Positions 8,569-16,614 of a DNA stretch of 18,578 nucleotides are shown here, piece by piece; the stretch's first letter is position 1; each line of letters opens with the position of its first letter. The stretch lies in UHGV virus genome UHGV-0126919. The stretch is one strand, 5' to 3'. The notes beneath the pieces are model-generated. The model saw only the letters and a list, made by a program, of their open reading frames with translations. It had not been told where the DNA came from and searched no databases. The translations under genes and the position numbers were made by a program. The DNA comes from a virus.

Positions 8569-10111
8569 TTACCTCAGAAACAGGAGGTGTAATAAGCCCC
8601 AACTCACGGCGAGCATTCTCTTCTCTGCCACAGATTTGTGCGGTTTCTTCCCAGTTAAGACCTGACATTTCAGCCGCTTCTTTTTCACGGGTAGAGAATG
8701 TTTCCTCAACACGCAGTTTTGCAGCTTTGACTTCTTTAAGGGGATCTAATTGGCCTTGTGATGGGCCATACCATTGAGCGCCACTCCATGCAGCGCGATA
8801 TTCAGGCCCATAAAAAAAACCAGGGGCAATAACACGACCTTTAGCAACGGCTTCGGCCAACCATTCCTCATAGATCGGTGGGCAAAATGACTGAACCATC
8901 CAGTCACGTCGCATACGGAACATTTTCCAGGCTTCAAGTAATGCGGCCCTGCTTGCGCTATAACTTGCTGTAAAATGCTTTACCAAGAGTTCGTAAGGGA
9001 GTTCTAAAGCAGCCCCAATTTGACGGCATATGGCGACAACAAAACCATCAAATGCCGTATTTGGTCGCCCGGGATTTGCTGTATCTATCGACTCACCTTC
9101 ACCCAAACTTACTATGGAGCCATTCCCCATTTCTTGGGTGTTATCATCATGGTTATCGATCTGCTCGTACTGAGGGATACCCGATTCACCGACTGGCCCA
9201 TCAGGAGCGTCTGTTTTAATAAAGACAGTAAACATCCCTGACACAACCGCAGCAACCAATTCAGCATCGGTGTATCGTCCTAACTGCTTCAATGCTTCAA
9301 TTACAGGAGCAAGGACAGGAACGCCACGGCGTTGCCCAGGCCTTTCAAAATCCTGCATGACATGCAGAATATTTCTTCTTCCTGTTTTACTCCCATATGC
9401 GGGAATACGTTCCCACTTGCGGGTTACAAAACCAGAAGTCCCGGCTGGGTGATGTTTTGCAACCCAGTACGCCACAGGCTCGCTAAATTCACCAACCTCT
9501 ACGCCACCGTAAAGATTTGGTATAAAACGATCCTCTGGATTGCAAACACGATCACCTTCAATTAAATAGACGCACAAATCATATATAACACCCTTACGCT
9601 TAATAACTGGTAGCGCAGCAAATATATCGCCAGATGTTAACGCAGATATTTGGACCAATGATTGCAATTGTCCAAAAGTACACATTCTTGATGCATCACA
9701 ATTTGGAGAATCAGCCCATAATCTAAACTCACGCTCAACATGCTTTTCCCATGCTCGCGCTTCTTCCTGCGTCATCCCCAAGAAATCGGCATCAATGTTC
9801 GCATTTAGTTTTAAACCGGAACCAACAACGTTTGTCCTGATAGTTTTTATTGCGCCAACAGATAGCGGGTTTCCCATGAAGAGATCACGAGAACGCTCAC
9901 GCAATTTATCTATATTTTTAACAATATCATCATCAGGAGAACCAGCTTTACTAAACCAACCCCTTAATGATTTTTTATGAGTGCTTGCACCATGACGTGA
10001 ATATCCAAGGTTATTAATACCTTCAAGTGCTTCTAACCGTTTTCTTGCCAAAGCTCGATTTAATGCCCTCTGAGGTGAAAACGGCGCAATAACTCGATCA
10101 AGAATATTCAT
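8537..10111 (-). CDS. portal protein (lambda gpB-like)
   Basis: 524 aa (lambda B is 533 aa). Sits between the W-like and protease genes; N-terminal region parallels lambda B by eye. ATGA overlap with the W-like gene. Confidence 0.85.
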   Translation of the reverse strand: MNILDRVIAPFSPQRALNRALARKRLEALEGINNLGYSRHGASTHKKSLRGWFSKAGSPDDDIVKNIDKLRERSRDLFMGNPLSVGAIKTIRTNVVGSGLKLNANIDADFLGMTQEEARAWEKHVEREFRLWADSPNCDASRMCTFGQLQSLVQISALTSGDIFAALPVIKRKGVIYDLCVYLIEGDRVCNPEDRFIPNLYGGVEVGEFSEPVAYWVAKHHPAGTSGFVTRKWERIPAYGSKTGRRNILHVMQDFERPGQRRGVPVLAPVIEALKQLGRYTDAELVAAVVSGMFTVFIKTDAPDGPVGESGIPQYEQIDNHDDNTQEMGNGSIVSLGEGESIDTANPGRPNTAFDGFVVAICRQIGAALELPYELLVKHFTASYSASRAALLEAWKMFRMRRDWMVQSFCPPIYEEWLAEAVAKGRVIAPGFFYGPEYRAAWSGAQWYGPSQGQLDPLKEVKAAKLRVEETFSTREKEAAEMSGLNWEETAQICGREENARRELGLITPPVSEVNEQNMETDDA

Positions 10112-10347
10112 AAATCTCTTATCACCACTCGTTTAATTCGTGGGCCTCGGCGTACACCTGCTGATAATCTTTCTACTTCATTACGCCAGTAATCCATCTC
10201 TTTTCTGACTTCTGATAAATCCGCACGAGTTAACTGCCGCGTACCAAATTTATATGACTGACCGCCAATAGCAATAGCGCGATATGCTTCCCGCCAGACA
10301 GATAACATCTCTCTGGCTTCAGTCAGAGAAAATGCTTCATTGTTCAT
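10108..10347 (-). CDS. head-tail joining protein (lambda gpW-like)
   Basis: 79 aa between large terminase and portal; C-terminal …RRGPRIKRVV… resembles lambda W …RRRGPAGFYV. Confidence 0.65.
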   Translation of the reverse strand: MNNEAFSLTEAREMLSVWREAYRAIAIGGQSYKFGTRQLTRADLSEVRKEMDYWRNEVERLSAGVRRGPRIKRVVIRDL

Positions 10348-10358
10348 TTATATTTCCT

Positions 10359-11780
10359 CTATATGGTTACGCCTTTACTTATAACTCTACGGCGTCTTCT
10401 ACGTATACCTGACGAGTTCTGCACATACACATTACCTCGCATTTCCTGTTCGGCAAGCCAGTTAAAATTAGGGTTCAGAATTTCCATCGCGGCAGTTGCA
10501 TAGTTACGGCAATCAAGAGGCTCGTTACGCTCGTAGACTTTCACCCACTTTTCTTTTGTCTGCCCATTTTTATATTCAAATATTTTTTTCTCTGATAATA
10601 ATCCTTTAAAGTATTCGGTATCATATCCTCTGTCAGAATCTAATGGGAAATGCATATAACCAGGACCAGGATCATGTAGTTTAATTCTTGCCATGATGGT
10701 CCCTTTACCATCATCAACCCCCAAATTAAACAACATAGCACCCACACGGTTATTATTACTTGGCTTTCCTATAAATGGTAAACCTACCCCACCACGCCCC
10801 CTGATAGAGTATATTCGCCTTGATTCTCTCGGCTTAGTAAAGCGATATACCTCTGTCGTAAAATGCCCACCAGAGTCAATACAAACGGAAGAAATCTGTA
10901 ATTTTCGACCGTCACGGAATGACCAGCTACGGAGTAAGTATTCATCAAGTTGTTTCCAGACAACATCTTGTGCGGGATCACCTGGGAATATTTTATATTC
11001 TATCCCCCATGACTCCTTACCTTTTCCCCAACCGACCAATTCACAAACTAAATACGTGTCCTGTACGTCAACACCAGCACTTAACAATAAAACATCATCT
11101 GGTAAAAACTCTTCAAACCTTATTCTGCGTTGCAACAAGTATTCAGGATCGATATCGTCTTTAGCATCCTCTTTCCATGGCTCACCCAGCTTAAGGTTAA
11201 TAAACTCCATTAATCCATTTTTATCGCGGTTTCTGGTTGCTTCCGTAAATTCTTCAACCAGCTCTGACAATGCAACCCACGGGGAGTAAAGACTGTTAAT
11301 ATGAAAACCAACAATACCTTTAACTCCAGTATGTTCAGCTATCCATACCCCCTTCGCCAACCAATCAACGTCTGGTTTACCAGATCCGCGCATAATCCCG
11401 CCGCACTCACAGCACTCATATCTGGCCGTTTCCGGTAACGCCTCACCTGAATCGCTCTTATCCCATCTGACTTGCGACCATTTCATCACCTGCATGGTGC
11501 CACAACATGGGCAAGGAACATGGTAGTAACGCTGATCGGAGAGCTTAAACCACTTGTGGATTTTGCTTGTTTCCTCCAAAACAGGAGTAGAAACAAAAAC
11601 TTTCTTACGATTATGAAAGTTGGTAGTACGCTGAATACCTAGTTTTAGTGGGTCGCCCTCCTGCGTCACACCGTAACGATCAATCTCATCAGCTAACAGT
11701 ATTCGAATTGGCCTGGATGCAAGACCTGCTGGGGAATTAGCACCAACAAGTGCTATATATCCACCAGCGTAATGCTTCAT
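10359..11780 (-). CDS. terminase large subunit (lambda gpA-like), C-terminal segment (473 aa)
   Basis: MKHYAGGYIALVGANSPAG… aligns with lambda gpA from about residue 137 (TMKRFTNGRGFWCLGG…) and continues through the …FHINSLYSPW… region (lambda …FHIWTAYSPF…). Its ATG overlaps the TGA of the N-terminal segment (ATGA). Confidence 0.85.
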   Translation of the reverse strand: MKHYAGGYIALVGANSPAGLASRPIRILLADEIDRYGVTQEGDPLKLGIQRTTNFHNRKKVFVSTPVLEETSKIHKWFKLSDQRYYHVPCPCCGTMQVMKWSQVRWDKSDSGEALPETARYECCECGGIMRGSGKPDVDWLAKGVWIAEHTGVKGIVGFHINSLYSPWVALSELVEEFTEATRNRDKNGLMEFINLKLGEPWKEDAKDDIDPEYLLQRRIRFEEFLPDDVLLLSAGVDVQDTYLVCELVGWGKGKESWGIEYKIFPGDPAQDVVWKQLDEYLLRSWSFRDGRKLQISSVCIDSGGHFTTEVYRFTKPRESRRIYSIRGRGGVGLPFIGKPSNNNRVGAMLFNLGVDDGKGTIMARIKLHDPGPGYMHFPLDSDRGYDTEYFKGLLSEKKIFEYKNGQTKEKWVKVYERNEPLDCRNYATAAMEILNPNFNWLAEQEMRGNVYVQNSSGIRRRRRRVISKGVTI

Positions 11781-12178
11781 ACGTATAGTCCTTCATGCAG
11801 CTTGTGTTTCAAACCAGGGGAATATTTGAACGTCGGATCAATACGCTCTTTTGAAAAAGCCTCAGCCGCCTCTACCGTTGGATAAATCATCAACTGAGGA
11901 GATGGCTCCTGATCTGCAAAGTAACCCATAACATTTAGCTGTAATTCGGATTTACCAATTTGCGAGCTACATTGCATCACTACTGTTTCTGTATCAGCGT
12001 CACCAATAACATCCATTGGTTCACGCAAATATGGCACTCGGCTTGTACGCCACGGCCCTGGCTCTGGAGACGTTCCCGGCGCTACATGACGATACTTATC
12101 AGCCCATTCGGAAACAGTTAGCCGTGATTTAGGGCGAAGCGCACGGAAAAAAGCGGTGCTCCATACTGTTTCGCCCAT
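11777..12178 (-). CDS. terminase large subunit (lambda gpA-like), N-terminal segment (133 aa)
   Basis: …TVSEWADKYRHVAPGTSPEPGPWRTSRVPYLREPMDVIG…VVMQCSSQIGKSELQLNVMGYFA… parallels the lambda gpA N-terminus (…TAVEWADANYYLP…VNVVKSARVGYSKMLLGVYAYFI…) including the P-loop-like segment. It ends where the homology continues in the -1 frame, so one gene is split by a frame break. Confidence 0.8.
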   Translation of the reverse strand: MGETVWSTAFFRALRPKSRLTVSEWADKYRHVAPGTSPEPGPWRTSRVPYLREPMDVIGDADTETVVMQCSSQIGKSELQLNVMGYFADQEPSPQLMIYPTVEAAEAFSKERIDPTFKYSPGLKHKLHEGLYV

Positions 12179-12183
12179 GAGGT

Positions 12184-12735
12184 TTATTCTTCCTGCTTAA
12201 TAAATCGGGATTCCTGGAGCGCCTGAAGCGCAAAATTAATCTCGTCTTCAATAATGCGCTCGATCTCCCTGGCTGTTTTGCCTTCACAACGGGGAGCTGC
12301 TCTTGGAGCAATACTAAATAAGCGGCTACGCAATTCATTAGCTGCCAGAAATGCATCATCCCTGACCGCATCTTTAGCGATGAGAGAGCCTTCCTTTTCT
12401 TCAAATTCAAGGCGTTTCAGCTTTGCCTGATAAATTTTTTCTGCGGTCTTAGCCTTGTTGAATTGCACCGCAACACCGGAAGTACCACCAGCTAATCCGG
12501 CATCATCAGCGGGTAACTCTGGTTGTTCCGAAGATATCCCATGCCCTCTTTTTCCATTTTCAGCAGATACCTCACGACCAACCTGTCGGCTCGCTTCATA
12601 AGCCGCACTGGCTTTATCAAAATCCAGCTTGCCGCTTTTCAGCACTGGAATGCGACCGGAACGACAGAGCTTCGTAACCATTGCCGGAGAAATACCTTTC
12701 CGGCGGGCAAACTCTGACTTACTGACGATGGCCAT
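12184..12735 (-). CDS. terminase small subunit (Nu1-like, HTH)
   Basis: N-terminus …SKSEFARRKGISPAMVTKLCRSGRIPVLKSGKLDFDKASAAYEA… resembles lambda Nu1 (…NKKQLADIFGASIRTIQNWQEQGMPVLRGGGKGNEVLYDSAAVIKWY…). Directly upstream of the large terminase. Likely start is ATG at 12735 overlapping the ParB-like TAA (TAATG); the track's TTG at 12744 is an alternative. Confidence 0.7.
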   Translation of the reverse strand: MAIVSKSEFARRKGISPAMVTKLCRSGRIPVLKSGKLDFDKASAAYEASRQVGREVSAENGKRGHGISSEQPELPADDAGLAGGTSGVAVQFNKAKTAEKIYQAKLKRLEFEEKEGSLIAKDAVRDDAFLAANELRSRLFSIAPRAAPRCEGKTAREIERIIEDEINFALQALQESRFIKQEE

Positions 12736-13325
12736 TACTTGCAACCATTAGCAAGATACTGAACAAATCCCTCATGCGTTTCATGCGCGTCGTGGTACTG
12801 ACGATAAACATCCAGCAACAATGCAATTTCCATATCCGTCGCGGGAATACGTTCTTTATCAATAGCCAGGTACTTAATTTGAACAACAGGGGAAGAATTA
12901 TCGTCTTCTTCCTGCGGCTGTTCATCGCTTAACATTTCGTCAAGCTCTGCATCATTAAACCCAAGCAGATCAATATCAAAATCATCATCCATTAACTCTT
13001 TGACTTCTTCGGCCAGAAGCTGCATATCCCAGCCAGCATTTAAGGCCAGCTTGTTATCTGCAATCCTGTAAGCCTTCTTCTGTTTTTCAGAAAGGTTACT
13101 CAACCGAATCGCCGGAACTTTATCCATTTCCAGAATTTCGGCTGCTGCAAGCCGCCCATGCCCCGCAATCAGTTCATTCTTTTCATCGATCAGCACAGGA
13201 TTAGTGAAACCGAACTCACGGATACTGTTCACCAACTGTTCAACTTGCTCATCTGAATGAGTCCGTGAATTTTTGGCATATCTGAGCAACTTACCGACTG
13301 GTAAATATTCGATTTTTAGAGCCAT
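12735..13325 (-). CDS. ParB-like N-terminal (ParB/Srx) domain protein, paralog A
   Basis: 196 aa; …NSRTHSDEQVEQLVNSIREFGFTNPVLIDEKNELIAGHGRLAAA…QKKAYRIADNKLALNAGWD… has the ParB-N style G-H-x-R box. Roughly half its residues match paralog B (15991..16614) by eye. Translationally coupled to the small terminase. Confidence 0.7.
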   Translation of the reverse strand: MALKIEYLPVGKLLRYAKNSRTHSDEQVEQLVNSIREFGFTNPVLIDEKNELIAGHGRLAAAEILEMDKVPAIRLSNLSEKQKKAYRIADNKLALNAGWDMQLLAEEVKELMDDDFDIDLLGFNDAELDEMLSDEQPQEEDDNSSPVVQIKYLAIDKERIPATDMEIALLLDVYRQYHDAHETHEGFVQYLANGCK

Positions 13326-13881
13326 TTTTTAACCGCCATAACACAACAGGTTAAAGAAAACTGTTTAACTTATTGATACTAAAAGAGAAAAATGACGATC
13401 TTTTTACTCATAAAAAATCACACAAACCAGCATAATTATCTGATTTTATTAAGTTTTTATAAGTAAAAAGGATCTTGCGATGGTGTTTTGGTTAAAAGAT
13501 TGGATGTATTTGCATGATTTATAACGATTTTTATCAGAACAACATCACATTGGTTAAAGATCTGCGCGTATCTTGATGATCTAAAAGAAAATTTTCCACT
13601 TTCTTCTTACCAGCACAAATACAGAAAAAATCACGTTTTCCCGATATTTTTCAATGAGATGAGTAAATTTCTTTTACCGCAACTTTTAACCTAACTTTTT
13701 TCACGTTTAGCTAGCCGAATATCGGGGTTCGAATGACCCGCATCCAACGCTTTTGGCCAGAAGGACCCAATTCTGCCGGACGATGAAACGATGCTCGTGC
13801 TCCCCCACAGACAGCCAGCGAGCGACGCTACAGAACACAGTGAATACACTCTGCATAACAACACCATCAACCACACGATGA
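13326..13881. other. 556-bp noncoding region (AT-rich left part, GC-rich right part) upstream of the packaging module; candidate cos/pac or regulatory region
   Basis: No convincing ORF. Direct repeat TTGGTTAAA(A)GAT at 13488-13500 and 13550-13561. Four GATC sites at 13397, 13471, 13559, 13578. GC-rich segment 13700-13860 with small hairpins. Confidence 0.5.
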
Positions 13882-14601
13882 TTAACGAGAGAAGGTCTTA
13901 GAAAGAATGTCATCAATCGCCTTTGTGACTTCATCAGCAAACGCATCCTCACCAGCACGCAGCGCCACGCCATGCCAATCAAGACGCTGCGAATAGTTAG
14001 GTTGCTGGATAAACGTAAGGATCAACGTAGGACGCCGCCCAACGCGCTGCCAGACGCCTGGTTGAAGCGGGTTACTTGTACCAGGTCGAACAACAAAAAA
14101 CTCCGTAGGCTTGCCCTGACGGCGATTTTGATGCGCATCTCGCTGAACTCTTAGGCCAGATAAGACCTGCTGTAATTGCCCCCGCGAAATATTCCCGTAT
14201 TTGTCCAGCTTTGCGCCGGGACCAGGAGCAAGCTGCCAGCCGTTAGGCAAATATCCACCAGCCCTTAGCGCCCCTTCTGAGCGTTTGTACTGTCGTTGGC
14301 CACCTTCGATTTGCGGAGTCAACGTTACAGGGGCTGGCGTTCCTCCCCATTCACGAGCATACACAATGGCTGTAGGATCACTCTTCTTTGCGGCCAAAAC
14401 GTAAGTAGAGTTCTGAATCCACGGCGTGGGCCTGTCAAATACCCGATTAATTTCATTCTTAATCGCAGCCTGAGAAGCCTTTGCCGTTCTGGTTGCCGCA
14501 AGCGCCATTGCGAACGGCAATTCGCGTTCTTCAAGGCGCTGGAGTTGTCGTTGAATATCCTGAGAAGAAAAATCCATCTTTATCTCAATTCTGTCAGCCA
14601 C
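13882..14601 (-). CDS. hypothetical basic protein (239 aa), no family recognised
   Basis: GTG start at 14601 preceded by a strong SD (TAGGAGG, 5-nt spacer), 16 nt downstream of the methyltransferase stop. Arg-rich throughout. Last gene of the ParB-B / methyltransferase unit before the noncoding region. Confidence 0.6.
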   Translation of the reverse strand: MADRIEIKMDFSSQDIQRQLQRLEERELPFAMALAATRTAKASQAAIKNEINRVFDRPTPWIQNSTYVLAAKKSDPTAIVYAREWGGTPAPVTLTPQIEGGQRQYKRSEGALRAGGYLPNGWQLAPGPGAKLDKYGNISRGQLQQVLSGLRVQRDAHQNRRQGKPTEFFVVRPGTSNPLQPGVWQRVGRRPTLILTFIQQPNYSQRLDWHGVALRAGEDAFADEVTKAIDDILSKTFSR

Positions 14602-14617
14602 CAGCGCCTCCTACACA

Positions 14618-15991
14618 CTACTTAATCAACGGCCGGAAAGCCGCCAGCACATCATCAGATCGTCCGATTGTTGAACCACCAGGCAACGGCAACTCAAACT
14701 CAAAACGAACAGCTTTCTCCAGACTCGCCCAACTAAGGGAATCATCGTTAATAACGTGCAAATACCAGCTCTTACAGTTGAATATTGACCGCTTAATCCT
14801 GAAACCATGTACACGACACAACTGCTTCACTTCATCATCAGAGTGAAACTTCTGGTAAAACCAGTGCCCCTTCCGGTACAACGCGGTAAAACCGTTATGA
14901 TCAATAAAATAAAGCCGGCTTTTGGAACTCGCAGCTTGTGTTTGCTTCAGGACTGTTTCCAGCTCTCCACGGCTACGGCCAGAAAAGAATATTGACCCAC
15001 CAGCTTTACACAAGCCTTTCAGAACCGTCAGAACGGACCATTCAGCCTCGACACTATCGACCGAGTTCAAAACGCTATCGCAAATCACGTAGTCGTAACG
15101 CCCTCGCGTTTTTAAGTCGTCCACCAGCGTATCAATCATCCGGTTTGTTGCGGTCCTATCCAGAGTGTTTCCAGCGCCCTTACGGCGGAAAAGCTCGAGA
15201 TCATGCAGGTTATATCCCTTTGCCCTGAGCATTCGCGCGTAGTCTCCCTGCCCCGAACCAAAATCAATTCCTCTTGGCGTCTTGGCAATGATCGGGAGGA
15301 TCAACGACTCATACAGGTTTGATTTCAGGCTGCCACCATTACGCAACCGCATAAGCTGCGCATACGTCTGGATGTATGTTGTTTTCTCCAGATGAGAATA
15401 CTCAAATACACCATAAGTTTTATTCAGATAACTTTGGTATTTTTCCTTCTCAACATCAGGGATCACAAACACCGTTAGCGGTGTGCGCGTCATTTTCGCT
15501 GCTAATGCATACTGAGCACAGTGAATAACCTCACCAGACTGAGTAGCAACACAACCACCCCACGGACCATACTTGATAACCAGTTCCGCTATGTTCTTTC
15601 GAACATATGCCATTTTCGCGCGCATATTGCCTGAGATCTGGCTTGCCGATACCTGAACAAAACCATGCTTATCTTCCAGACCGGACACCCTGCAACGCTC
15701 ATCTCCGCTATCAAAATCCGTTCCGTTATGCAGTTGGTTAAACCGTACTTCGTCGTATACCGTCGTTTCACAGGGCAACACATACACCGCAGCACGCGTT
15801 ATTCCCAACTTACGTAGCGCCTTCGTCCTTTGGTGTCCCGCCACCAGCAAATCGCCGCGCACTATCAATGGCTTCACAAGCCCCAGCTCCCTGACGCTTT
15901 CCGCCAGCCTCGCAAGATCATCCTCACCGATAAAACGCGGGTTATATTCCGCGCCGCGTAGGTGCGTTATGTCGTAATTGAGGTGAAGCAT
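14618..15991 (-). CDS. ParB-like N-terminal domain fused to a class I SAM-dependent methyltransferase domain
   Basis: N-terminus …YNPRFIGEDDLARLAESVRELGLVKPLIVRGDLLVAGHQRTKAL… is ParB-N-like. C-terminal half has Rossmann methyltransferase motifs in class I order: motif I GIDFGSGQGDY, acidic post-I (…YNLHDLELF), motif II YDYVICDSVL, motif III LCKAGGSIFFS. No (D/N/S)PP(Y/F/W) motif seen by eye. Likely start is ATG at 15991 (TGATG overlap with the ParB-B stop, SD GGAGG 7 nt upstream); the track uses GTG at 15997. Confidence 0.75.
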   Translation of the reverse strand: MLHLNYDITHLRGAEYNPRFIGEDDLARLAESVRELGLVKPLIVRGDLLVAGHQRTKALRKLGITRAAVYVLPCETTVYDEVRFNQLHNGTDFDSGDERCRVSGLEDKHGFVQVSASQISGNMRAKMAYVRKNIAELVIKYGPWGGCVATQSGEVIHCAQYALAAKMTRTPLTVFVIPDVEKEKYQSYLNKTYGVFEYSHLEKTTYIQTYAQLMRLRNGGSLKSNLYESLILPIIAKTPRGIDFGSGQGDYARMLRAKGYNLHDLELFRRKGAGNTLDRTATNRMIDTLVDDLKTRGRYDYVICDSVLNSVDSVEAEWSVLTVLKGLCKAGGSIFFSGRSRGELETVLKQTQAASSKSRLYFIDHNGFTALYRKGHWFYQKFHSDDEVKQLCRVHGFRIKRSIFNCKSWYLHVINDDSLSWASLEKAVRFEFELPLPGGSTIGRSDDVLAAFRPLIK

Positions 15992-16614
15992 CAGCACACC
16001 TCCCCAGCCAGCAATGCGGATACAAATCCGATATAGCTGCCATTATCATCAACATAACGAGACACCGCGCAGTCAAAACGATCCGCTTCCTCATCCGTTG
16101 CCGGGATTTTATGACCTCCAAATGACAGGTACTGAACTTTTACGCCTGATTTGGCCTCATCCTTCTCAAATGGGATATCCATACCCTCTGTGTCATCGTA
16201 GACCGCCGCACTCAATAAGTTATCCAGTTCGCGCTGAGTAAAACCAATTGAGTCCAGAGAAAAATCATCGGCCGCAAGATCTGCAAGCTCCGCGCTTAAC
16301 AACTCTTCATCCCAACCAGCATTCAGCGGAATACGGTTGTCGGCCAGACGATATGCCTTCTTCTGATTCTCCGTTAGCCCAGCCAGAACAATGCAGGGAA
16401 CATCATCCATCCCCAACTGAGTGGCCGCAGCAATTCGACCATGACCAGCAATTACAACGTTGTTCTCGTCTATCAGGATCGGATTAGTCCATCCGTACTC
16501 CTGTATGCTGGCAACAATCTGATCTACCTGCTCCACGGAGTGTGTGCGAGCGTTCTTTTCATAACCAATCAACACAGAAAGTGGTAAAGAAACCACATTA
16601 AGTTGTTTTGTCAT
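15991..16614 (-). CDS. ParB-like N-terminal (ParB/Srx) domain protein, paralog B
   Basis: 207 aa; …NARTHSVEQVDQIVASIQEYGWTNPILIDENNVVIAGHGRIAAA…QKKAYRLADNRIPLNAGWD… is clearly paralogous to 12735..13325. Translationally coupled to the methyltransferase fusion. Confidence 0.7.
   Translation of the reverse strand: MTKQLNVVSLPLSVLIGYEKNARTHSVEQVDQIVASIQEYGWTNPILIDENNVVIAGHGRIAAATQLGMDDVPCIVLAGLTENQKKAYRLADNRIPLNAGWDEELLSAELADLAADDFSLDSIGFTQRELDNLLSAAVYDDTEGMDIPFEKDEAKSGVKVQYLSFGGHKIPATDEEADRFDCAVSRYVDDNGSYIGFVSALLAGEVC

Noticed and set aside
10693-11289. 198-aa plus-strand ORF inside the large terminase, and other antisense or alternate-frame ORFs (1769..1969, 2423..2629, 3623..3814, 4451..4717, 5502..5861, 6073..6288, 6850..7056, 7805..8231, 8746..9980, 10784..11164, 12129..12925, 13972..15228, 15589..15795, 16014..16487, 16603..17196, 17812..18295)
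   Set aside because: Each is embedded in a minus-strand gene with strong homology or context support; serine/proline-rich or otherwise low-complexity translations, no ribosome-binding sites.
13380-13530. Tiny plus-strand ORFs in the noncoding region (24 codons from 13392 and 14 codons from 13480, the latter with an AAGGA SD)
   Set aside because: Very short, on the opposite strand to every gene in the window, and AT-rich sequence readily produces ATG-plus-SD by chance; insufficient evidence for a leader peptide.
13720-13745. tRNA T-loop-like motif GGGGTTCGAATGACCC, possible tRNA fragment or attachment-site remnant
   Set aside because: Flanking sequence cannot be folded into a T-arm with 7-nt loop, acceptor stem or anticodon arm; no cloverleaf on either strand. 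Most likely a chance match to the TTCGAAT consensus.
13691-13982. Minus-strand ORFs 13691..13876 (61 aa, contains an LAGC lipobox-like motif) and 13707..13982 (91 aa)
   Set aside because: The first has a GTG start with no SD and lies in GC-rich noncoding sequence; the second overlaps the 3' end of the 239-aa gene out of frame. The lipobox-like motif is probably chance, though a small Bor-like lipoprotein cannot be fully excluded without a signal-peptide prediction.
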